From the NCBI GenBank assembly GCA_017452445.1, contig JAFTMH010000005.1:15351-39350 (forward strand): a stretch of DNA of 24,000 bases, written 5' to 3'. Source of the DNA: Clostridia bacterium (GTDB lineage Bacteria > Bacillota > Clostridia > Christensenellales > UBA1242). Positions 1 through 7,568 of the stretch are shown here, piece by piece. The position numbers and the translations under genes were made by a program. The notes beneath the pieces were generated by a model that did no database searches, was not told the origin of the DNA, and saw nothing but the letters and a program-made list of their open reading frames with translations. Every line of letters starts with the position of its first letter. Within the stretch, counting starts at the first letter, position 1.

Positions 1-141
1 ACTTCTTAGAGTTTTGGTGAGAAATTTTGATGCAAGGTTTGAAAGAAAGCTTAAAATGATTGGCATTTTGTCGTAAAAGTTGTGCACATTTCCACAAAAA
101 TTGCGAATGTTTTGTCGCAGACAATTTTTATAGATTCGCCG

Positions 142-172
142 AAAACACTTCGATTGTCGAGGTGTTTTTTTT
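142..172 (+). terminator. Rho-independent terminator of a + strand unit ending upstream or at the left edge
   Basis: ACACTTCGA (145-153) pairs with TCGAGGTGT (157-165) including one G-T wobble, around a short loop. It is followed by T8 (166-173). A possible upstream reading frame (frame 2) closes at TAA 74-76. Confidence 0.55.
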
Positions 173-216
173 GATTAAAAATTTTTATTTTGTCAAACAT
201 CTTTGCAGAGGTGGTT

Positions 217-972
217 ATGAAGATTTGGAATGACAAAGAGGTAAAGTTTTTGTTTGAGAAGGTTGAGGAGTGCAAGCAAAAAGCAATTTCACTCAAGTTT
301 GCATTTGAAGAGCATGCCAAAGTTTTTGAAAGAAAAGCAAACAGTGTGCGAAATTATTATTATCAAGAGGTAGAAAATTTGCACAAAGACACACACAGGT
401 GTCAAAGGTTGCAGATTGATTTGCGCAAGCATCAAAAAGCACAATTTGTGAGATTTAACGCTGAGTCCGAAAAGAAATTGGCAGAACAGATTGGGCAACT
501 TACGGCAAATGGAATGTCTGTTAGATCTGCATGCGAAAAGTTGAGTGGTGGAGATTTGGCCGTGATGACAAGGATTCAAAACAAATATCAATCTCTAAAA
601 AGAAGGGCTGTCAAGGCAGGCAATGTTGTGGTGTTTAGAAAACAAAATTTGCTTGGAGAAGAAGAAATCAACAGTCTGTTTTTGGGGCTTGTGAAGTTGG
701 TTAAAAAATCTGCAACCGAAGAGGTTGAGGCAAGGTTTAAAGAAGAAAAACTAGGGGCAAACTTGGCGATCAAAAAGGCAACCAAAACAATTTTGGAAAA
801 AGATGAGGTTATTTCAAATTTGAAAAGAGAAATTGAGAAATTGAAGCAAGAAAATTGTTTTTTGTCTGAGCAATTGGCTGGTGGAAAAAGCAGACAGCAA
901 CAACTTAAAGATCATTTTGCACAAAACTCTCAACAAAACAACTTCAAAAACAAAAAAGAGTTTGATTTGTAG
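217..972 (+). CDS. Hypothetical DNA-binding protein with two Myb/SANT-like (RsfA-like) helix-turn-helix segments and a C-terminal coiled coil
   Basis: ATG 217 follows GAGGTGG (208-214); the track ORF from 190 is an N-terminal extension. The N-terminus W-x3-E-x3-LF...SLKFAFEEHAKVF-RKANSVRNYYY matches the Myb/RsfA pattern W..EED..L...AFEE....R....RW. A second similar segment is FNAESEKKLAEQIGQLTANGMSVRSACEKL...IQNKYQSLKRR. The C-terminus is heptad-like (EVISNLKREIEKLKQENCFLSEQL). Existence as a CDS is likely; the family assignment is by eye. Confidence 0.7.
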   Translation: MKIWNDKEVKFLFEKVEECKQKAISLKFAFEEHAKVFERKANSVRNYYYQEVENLHKDTHRCQRLQIDLRKHQKAQFVRFNAESEKKLAEQIGQLTANGMSVRSACEKLSGGDLAVMTRIQNKYQSLKRRAVKAGNVVVFRKQNLLGEEEINSLFLGLVKLVKKSATEEVEARFKEEKLGANLAIKKATKTILEKDEVISNLKREIEKLKQENCFLSEQLAGGKSRQQQLKDHFAQNSQQNNFKNKKEFDL

Positions 973-996
973 GTGTTGTTGTGGTAAAATTTGAGT

Positions 997-3900
997 ATGA
1001 AAATCAAATTGGTTGAAGGTGCAACTGCTTACGAAGCGGCAATAAACACTTTGCAATATGTTGATGCAAAGGATTTGACAAAGGACAATCTTGTTGTTGT
1101 GCCTGATACTTTTTCTATGCAAGCAGAAAGTTTGCTTTTTGATGTGCTTGGCACAAAATCAGTGTTCAACGCAAAAGTGGTTGGCATTTCAAAACTTGCC
1201 AGCAGCATTTTAAGAAAAAACAACATTCCTTTTCAAAGAATTAGTGGACTTGAAGAAGTGTTTGTCGTTTTTAAAGCAGTAAAAGAATGTGAAAGCAGTT
1301 TTCAATATTTCAAAAAATGCAGTGTTGATTTTTGCATCAAAATCCTTAAAATAATAAAACAATTTAAGGCGTGCAAAGTTTTGCCAAGCGCAATAAAGAA
1401 AGTTGGCGATCAACTTTTGGATAGAAAAATGGCTGATTTAAGGCTTGTTTATCAAAAATATGAAGATTTGCTCGGTGAGCGCCTCGACTTGTCTAAAATG
1501 CTTGATTTTTTTGCAAAAAATGCAGAAAATTGCATTGATTTGTCAAATGTAAATTTATTTTTTGTAAATTTTGACAGCTTTTCAGCAGAGATAAGTTCGT
1601 TTATTTGCAAGTTGGCAGCATCTGCCAATTTGACATACATAGGCATGGCAAAACCAATTTCAGTTGGCAATGCGTTTATTTATGAAGATGACATTTTTGA
1701 AAAGGTGAAAATGTTTTCAAAAGAAAACTCTGTTTTGGTGGAAATTGAAAACAAACCAACTGCTTTGACAGGAAACAGATTGAAGCTTGTCGAAAATCTT
1801 TTTTCTTTTGATGTGACAAAAGGTGAAGATAAAAATTATTTTACAAATATTATTGCACAAAACAGACAAGACGAAGTTGAATTTGTTGCAAAATACATAA
1901 AACATCAAGCTTGGCAAGGTGGCAGATTTAAAGATTTTGCAATTGCAGTGTCTGATCCGGTTTATTATGACAAAATAAAAGAAGTTTTTTCGCAATATGA
2001 CATTACATATTATTGTGACGATGCTGTAAATTTGTCGCACACGATTTTGGGTAGATTTTTGACAAAACTTTTGCAGATTGCAAAACTTGACTTTGATAAA
2101 GAATCGCTTGAATATTTGGTTTCGCACCCATTGACAGAGTGTGAAAACAAAGCACAGATTTTGTCTGACATTTGGTATTTTAATGTTGAAGATGAAATCG
2201 AATTTGAACAAAGGTTTGGTCAGTTGAATAATATTGTTTCTGAGATAAAAAACCTTAGAAAATGCAAAAAATGTGCTGATTTTGCAATAATTTTGAAAAA
2301 AATAATCCAAATTGTTGACGAAAAATATTTAAAAATGATTGAAACCTTGCATCAAGACGATTTGTTTAAGCAAGAAAGCGAAAACGCACAAGCGAAAGAT
2401 TTGATTGTTGCTGTGCTTGACAAACTTGCTCAACTTGGAGAGCAAGACAAAATTGATTTGATAGATTTTGAAAATCTGTTTGCACTCTCTCTTGAAAGTG
2501 TTAAGGTGGAAACAATCCCATCTTATGTAGATGCTGTTTATGTTGGAGATGCAACAGGAAGTTATTTTGAAGATGTTTCGCAGTTGATTGTTTTGGGAGC
2601 AACAGCAAATGCCCTTCCTCGCACACAAGGTGATGTAGGGATCATTGATGATGCTGATATCGAAAAGTTGAGATTGAACTTTAGATTGGAACCTGAAATC
2701 AAAGTTTTAAATCGCAGAAGCAGATTGAAATTGTTTGAATGTTTGCAACACGCAAAAGACAGGCTTATTGTCTGTCAACCGGCAGCAGAAGATGGTCAAA
2801 TTTCGCAACAGGCAAGTTTTGTTGAAGATTTGAAACTTATGTTTGGCAACAATGTCGCACATACGGTTGTTTTTGAAAAAATTGAAACACCAACTTTGAC
2901 AAAAGAAGAAATGTTGAGCAAACTTTTAAGATATTTGGGCAACAAAACAAACTTGACAAATGCTTACACAAAACTTAAAGCAACAGACAGCATGCCAAAA
3001 AATTTTGCAGGCGAACTTGCACATTTGGCAGAAAACAGTGTGACAAAACCTGTTGAGTTTGAAACTTTGCCAAAAGAGATTGCAAATAAGGCAGCGTTTG
3101 CAAAAGGCACAGTTTCTGCTTCTAGACTTGAAAAATATTTTGATTGCCCGTTCAATCATTTTGTTAATTATATTTTGGGAGTAAAACAGAAAAACAACAT
3201 TCAACCAACAAAACTTTTGTTTGGAAATTTTCAACATGAGTTGATTGAAAAATTTGTTGCTGACAACAATTTTGATGTTTCAAAAGTAGATGCAAAGGGG
3301 ATTGAGAGATTTTTAGACGAAAACTTTATGACCATTGCAAAAAAACATTATGATGAAAAAATAATTTCAAAAAAGAGTTTTCTTGCTTATCTAAAAAATG
3401 AAAGTGTCATAATTTTGAGGTCTGTGGTTTATGAGCAATCAAACAGCAACTTTAGACCTGCCAAATTGGAAGAGTTTGTTGGTGGGCCAATTGCAAACGA
3501 AGTTAAACTTGTGGGCAGAGTTGATAGAATTGATGTTTGCGACAATTATTTTAGAATTTTGGATTACAAAACTGGCAATGTTGGCAGCGTTTTGAAAGAT
3601 TTGTATTATGGCAACAAATTGCAACTGTTTTTGTATGGGAAAGAAGCACAACGCAAGTTGGGCAAAGATTGTGCAGGATTGTATTATTTCAAATGCAACA
3701 CAAATTACAAGTCACAAAGTGCAAAAAACGAAAATTTGTTTAGAGGACTTACCAAAAAAGACAATGATGTTGTCGAAAATTCTGATCGCAGATTGCTAGA
3801 TGAAGGATCAAAAAGTGATATTATCGGCATGGCTAGAAAGAAAGATGATGGCAAACAAACATTTTCGTTTAAGTATGGAAGTCCCGTTGAAGATTTTGAT

Positions 3901-4086
3901 GTGCTTTTTGATTATGCAACAAAAGTTTCACAAGGTGCGATCGAAGAAATAAAGCAAGGTTACATCAAAGACAAACCTTATGAAGGCAAGTGTGAAGGTT
4001 GCCCTTATGGTGCAATCTGCAAGCATAACCCATTGAGTGGTTATAGAATTTTGCAAAAAGTCGAAAAAATAGAATTGGGAGAATAA
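997..4086 (+). CDS. addB: ATP-dependent helicase/nuclease subunit B (AddB/RexB type) with an Fe-S-stapled PD-(D/E)XK nuclease domain
   Basis: About 1030 aa, immediately upstream of and overlapping addA. The C-terminal nuclease motif is GRVDRIDV...RILDYKTG. Four Cys sit in the AddB iron-staple layout: YFDCPFNHF, then CEGCPYGAIC. The start is ambiguous between TTG 991 and ATG 997. Confidence 0.9.
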   Translation: MKIKLVEGATAYEAAINTLQYVDAKDLTKDNLVVVPDTFSMQAESLLFDVLGTKSVFNAKVVGISKLASSILRKNNIPFQRISGLEEVFVVFKAVKECESSFQYFKKCSVDFCIKILKIIKQFKACKVLPSAIKKVGDQLLDRKMADLRLVYQKYEDLLGERLDLSKMLDFFAKNAENCIDLSNVNLFFVNFDSFSAEISSFICKLAASANLTYIGMAKPISVGNAFIYEDDIFEKVKMFSKENSVLVEIENKPTALTGNRLKLVENLFSFDVTKGEDKNYFTNIIAQNRQDEVEFVAKYIKHQAWQGGRFKDFAIAVSDPVYYDKIKEVFSQYDITYYCDDAVNLSHTILGRFLTKLLQIAKLDFDKESLEYLVSHPLTECENKAQILSDIWYFNVEDEIEFEQRFGQLNNIVSEIKNLRKCKKCADFAIILKKIIQIVDEKYLKMIETLHQDDLFKQESENAQAKDLIVAVLDKLAQLGEQDKIDLIDFENLFALSLESVKVETIPSYVDAVYVGDATGSYFEDVSQLIVLGATANALPRTQGDVGIIDDADIEKLRLNFRLEPEIKVLNRRSRLKLFECLQHAKDRLIVCQPAAEDGQISQQASFVEDLKLMFGNNVAHTVVFEKIETPTLTKEEMLSKLLRYLGNKTNLTNAYTKLKATDSMPKNFAGELAHLAENSVTKPVEFETLPKEIANKAAFAKGTVSASRLEKYFDCPFNHFVNYILGVKQKNNIQPTKLLFGNFQHELIEKFVADNNFDVSKVDAKGIERFLDENFMTIAKKHYDEKIISKKSFLAYLKNESVIILRSVVYEQSNSNFRPAKLEEFVGGPIANEVKLVGRVDRIDVCDNYFRILDYKTGNVGSVLKDLYYGNKLQLFLYGKEAQRKLGKDCAGLYYFKCNTNYKSQSAKNENLFRGLTKKDNDVVENSDRRLLDEGSKSDIIGMARKKDDGKQTFSFKYGSPVEDFDVLFDYATKVSQGAIEEIKQGYIKDKPYEGKCEGCPYGAICKHNPLSGYRILQKVEKIELGE

Positions 4087-7000
4087 TGGCAAAACGAGAT
4101 CCTATTCCAGAACAATTGGCTGTTTTGGAAAATGACAAAAAAAACATGTTGGTCAGTGCCTCTGCAGGCAGTGGCAAGACTTTTATTATGATTGAATATG
4201 TCGCTAAACTTGTTGTCAAACAAAAAATCCCAGTGCAACAACTTTTGGTGCTTACATACACAAAAGCGGCTGCGACCGAAATGAAAGAAAGGTTGCTCAA
4301 AAAGTTGAAAGAAGAGTCGCAAAAAGATTTGTTTGTTGTAGAACAAATTGACAATTTGTCGACTGCCAACATTTGCACAATCCATGCTTATTGCGAAAAA
4401 TGTATAAAAAAATACGCAAATTTGCTTGATATCAACGAAAGTTTTGAAGTTTTGGACGAAAACGCTGCAAACAAATTGAAATCAACAGCATTTGTGCGTG
4501 CTTTTGAAAAAATGAAAGAATGTTATTCTGCCGAATATCAGCTTTTGGTTGAAATTTTCAAAAATGACAAAGAAAAAATCAAAACTATGATGCTTGGCAT
4601 CGAAGAATTGGCAAATTCTGTTTCTGACAAAGAAGAGTTTTTGACAAACAATGTCAAAAATATGGAAACTTATTTTGATCAAGCATTGCAGTTTTTGTGT
4701 GAAAATTTGAAAGAAAAAATCCAATCAAAATTGCACAGTTTGGAATGTTTGCATGCAGAAGATTATTATGACAAAGTCCGTGCAACCGTTTTGCCGGTTT
4801 TGAATGCAAAAGATTTGTTTGAAATTGCAACAATTAAAGAATGCTTAAAATATCCAAACAAACCAAGCGACAAATTGTATGGCAAAGAAATCGCAACTGC
4901 TGCAGGAAAAATCAAAGATTCTATCAAAAAAATGATAGATGAAGTTGAAAAGCTTGATTTGCAAGATGAAGTCAATGTAGACAAGCAAAGGTCGGGAGAG
5001 TTTGAAAAATTGTTACTCAAACTTTTTGACATCTACGAAAAAGAGCAAGAAGAACTTAAAAAGCTTAAAAATTGTCTTACATTTTCCGACTTTGAAAAAT
5101 ATATGAGCATTTTGTCAAAACAAGAAGATTTGTTTTCAAATCTTAAATATGTTTTTGTTGATGAATATCAAGATACAAACAAAATGCAAGAGAGAATTGT
5201 TAAAAATGTTGCCAAAAACTGCAATTTTGTTGCAGTTGGCGATGCAAAACAAGGGATTTATGGTTTTAGACTTGCAAGTTTTGAAATTTTTTTGAAAGAT
5301 ACCGAAAATTTTTCAAAAGATGAAAATTCGACGGTTAAAAATCTTAAAACCAATTTTAGAAGCAGTCAACATATTTTGTCATTTGTAAACAAGATTTTTG
5401 AAGTTTGCATGACAAAAGAACATTGTGGCATTGACTACAAAAAAGATGCTATGCTCAAAGAGTTTGCCCCTTTTGGCGAAGATGGGCAAAAAGCAATCAA
5501 TATAGATTTGATTGAAGAAGAAAAATTGCCAGAAAAAGAGTTGCCACAAATTTACAGCGTCAAAGAAGACGAACTTGTTGTCAAAGAAAATAAAATTGCG
5601 CAACTTGTTGACATTAGAAACAAAATTGTCGAAGTTATGCAAACTTCAATTTATGAAAACAAACAACTAAGAAGATGTCAATACAAAGATATTGCCATTT
5701 TGTTTAGGGAAAGAAACGGGCTGTTTAACCAACTTGAAAAATTTTTGATTGAAAGTGGAATTCCTGTGGTTTCAAACTCAAAAAATGTTTTGTTGGAAGA
5801 AGCAGAAATACAAGTGTTGCTCAATCTTTTAAAACTTGCTTTAAATGTTGATGATGACATTGCATTGTTGAGTGTGATCAATTCGCCATTCTGCAACATT
5901 GATTTCTTTGAAGTGGTGAAAGAAAAAGCGTCAACAGAAAAAACTCTTTGTCAGTTGGTTGTTGAAGATGAGAAGGGTTTGTTTGCTCAATTTAATCAAA
6001 CAATTGCAGATTTTTCAAAAAATATTCAAATTTTTGGTGCAAGAAGTGCATTTTTAAAACTTTTTGACAAAGTTGATTATCGTGCATACATAAACACAAA
6101 ACCAAATCAACACAATCTCAACAATTATATAGACACATTTTTGTCAGAAATTGATGCTTGTGATTTGGGTTATGATTTGCCGGGGCTTATCAATTATTTT
6201 GAAAGTGTCAAAATTACAGTGCAGTCGCAACCATCTTCAATAGGCGATGCAGTTTTGCTTACAACAATTCACAACAGCAAAGGGCTTGAATATCCAATTG
6301 TGTTTATGGCGGAGTGTGACAAAAAGATAAGAAAAAACGACACAAAATCCACAATGAGCATAAACGAAAGGTTTGGTTTTGCTGCAAAACTTTTTGATCA
6401 AGAAGAAAACACATCGGTTGATTCGGTGCGCATGAGGGCAATAAAAGAATCAAAACGAAAAAAAGAGTTTATTGAAGAACTTATGATTTTTTATGTTGCG
6501 CTTACAAGACCAAAAAATCGTTTGTATCTTTTTGGCGAGTTTAGCGACAAAATTTTTGAAGATAAAACACTTGATGAGTGTGAATGTTATTTTGATCTGA
6601 TCTTCTATGCGTTGAAAAAAGAAAAGTTTGAGTTGATGGCAAATGGCAGATACGAAGACGAAAATACGAAGATTTCTTTTGTTGGGCTAGAACAAGAAAA
6701 AACATTTGTTGAAAAACAATCTTTTGAAATGGCTGAATATGATCCGGGAATTGTGCAAAAAATCGAAAAATATCTCAATTTTGAATATAAATACAGCAGA
6801 ATTAAAAACTTTAAATTGAAAGAAAGTGTGACTGGCTTGTCAAAAAGGCATGACGAAGATCAACTTTTGAAATATTCAAACGACAATTTTGTTTTTTCAA
6901 ATAATATGGTTGAAATTGGAAACGCTTATCACTTGGCTTTGAAGTTGATTGATTTTGCAAAAGTGAGTGACGAGCAAACTTTGCATCAAGAATTGCAAAA

Positions 7001-7397
7001 ATGGAATGATGTTTTGCAAGAAGGTGCAAGTTTGATTGATGAAAAGGTGCTTTTGCGCAACATTTTGCTTCTCAAACAGGTTGTTGGAGATGGTGTTGTG
7101 TTTAAAGAAAAAGATTTTATCACAAAAGACAGCATCTGCAATTTGATTGAAGGTGAAGTTGAAAAAGACGAAATTTTTGTTCAGGGCATCATCGACTTGT
7201 TTGTTGTCAAAGGAGATGAAATAGTTTTGATTGACTATAAATATTCAAATTCTACAAGTGATGACTATCTTGTGGATAAATATAAAAATCAATTAAAATT
7301 ATACAAAAATTCGTTAAAAAATGCATTTTCTAAGCAAATAAATGATGTTTATTTGTTGTCATTAAAGCATTCAAAACTTATAAAAGTTGACATTTAA
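4086..7397 (+). CDS. addA: ATP-dependent helicase/nuclease subunit A (AddA/RexA), a UvrD-like SF1 helicase with a C-terminal nuclease
   Basis: Walker A is SASAGSGKTF and the DEYQD box is VDEYQDTN. Helicase motifs TIHNSKGLEYPIVF and YVALTRPKNRLYL are present. The C-terminal RecB-type nuclease motif is GIIDLFVV...VLIDYKYS. GGGAG lies at 4077-4081, and the start overlaps the addB stop as TAATG. Confidence 0.95.
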   Translation: MAKRDPIPEQLAVLENDKKNMLVSASAGSGKTFIMIEYVAKLVVKQKIPVQQLLVLTYTKAAATEMKERLLKKLKEESQKDLFVVEQIDNLSTANICTIHAYCEKCIKKYANLLDINESFEVLDENAANKLKSTAFVRAFEKMKECYSAEYQLLVEIFKNDKEKIKTMMLGIEELANSVSDKEEFLTNNVKNMETYFDQALQFLCENLKEKIQSKLHSLECLHAEDYYDKVRATVLPVLNAKDLFEIATIKECLKYPNKPSDKLYGKEIATAAGKIKDSIKKMIDEVEKLDLQDEVNVDKQRSGEFEKLLLKLFDIYEKEQEELKKLKNCLTFSDFEKYMSILSKQEDLFSNLKYVFVDEYQDTNKMQERIVKNVAKNCNFVAVGDAKQGIYGFRLASFEIFLKDTENFSKDENSTVKNLKTNFRSSQHILSFVNKIFEVCMTKEHCGIDYKKDAMLKEFAPFGEDGQKAINIDLIEEEKLPEKELPQIYSVKEDELVVKENKIAQLVDIRNKIVEVMQTSIYENKQLRRCQYKDIAILFRERNGLFNQLEKFLIESGIPVVSNSKNVLLEEAEIQVLLNLLKLALNVDDDIALLSVINSPFCNIDFFEVVKEKASTEKTLCQLVVEDEKGLFAQFNQTIADFSKNIQIFGARSAFLKLFDKVDYRAYINTKPNQHNLNNYIDTFLSEIDACDLGYDLPGLINYFESVKITVQSQPSSIGDAVLLTTIHNSKGLEYPIVFMAECDKKIRKNDTKSTMSINERFGFAAKLFDQEENTSVDSVRMRAIKESKRKKEFIEELMIFYVALTRPKNRLYLFGEFSDKIFEDKTLDECECYFDLIFYALKKEKFELMANGRYEDENTKISFVGLEQEKTFVEKQSFEMAEYDPGIVQKIEKYLNFEYKYSRIKNFKLKESVTGLSKRHDEDQLLKYSNDNFVFSNNMVEIGNAYHLALKLIDFAKVSDEQTLHQELQKWNDVLQEGASLIDEKVLLRNILLLKQVVGDGVVFKEKDFITKDSICNLIEGEVEKDEIFVQGIIDLFVVKGDEIVLIDYKYSNSTSDDYLVDKYKNQLKLYKNSLKNAFSKQINDVYLLSLKHSKLIKVDI

Positions 7398-7423
7398 GTC
7401 AAAGGCGAAACTGCTTGAAAATA

Positions 7424-7466
7424 GGGAAGGAAAAATGTTTTTTAAACAAAAATCCTTCTCTTTTTT
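7424..7466 (+). terminator. Possible terminator after addA
   Basis: GGGAAGGA (7424-7431) pairs with TCCTTCTC (7453-7460) with one G-T wobble, followed by T6. The loop is long (21 nt), so confidence is modest. Confidence 0.4.
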
Positions 7467-7473
7467 CATATAG

Positions 7474-7546
7474 AAAAAAATTATAAAAAAATATTTAAAA
7501 AATTATTGAAAAATATTAGTAATTATTTTTTTAGTTGTGATATACT
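7474..7546 (+). promoter_or_regulatory. Extended -10 promoter (TGaTATACT, 7538-7546) preceded by four roughly phased A-tracts
   Basis: TG at 7538-7539 and TATACT at 7541-7546, 23 nt upstream of ATG 7569. There is no good -35 hexamer. The upstream ~65 bp is almost pure A/T, with A-tracts starting at 7474, 7485, 7497 and 7509. Confidence 0.5.
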
Positions 7547-7568
7547 ATTGCATATACAAGGGGGTTTT

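Noticed and set aside
51-320. 89-aa minus-strand ORF at the left edge
   Set aside because: It overlaps the SD, the start and the first 35 codons of the better-supported + strand gene (217-972). It has no SD and a low-complexity hydrophobic, Ser-rich translation. It is a typical antisense shadow ORF in AT-rich DNA.
1029-7029. Many 60-200-aa minus-strand ORFs inside addB and addA (for example 1717-2310, 2329-2628, 3965-4378, 5379-5642)
   Set aside because: All are antisense to long CDSs that carry clear helicase and nuclease motifs. Their translations are F/K/N/C-rich low-complexity sequence with no motifs and no SD.
7506-7568. Upstream extensions of track ORFs (7506, and likewise 190, 11464, 11526, 14224, 14606, 16615, 19871, 22988)
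   Set aside because: In each case the extension runs through a recognisable promoter or the neighbouring gene and lacks an SD. An internal ATG or TTG with a GGAG-type SD gives an N-terminus that matches the family or a sensible TM or signal layout.
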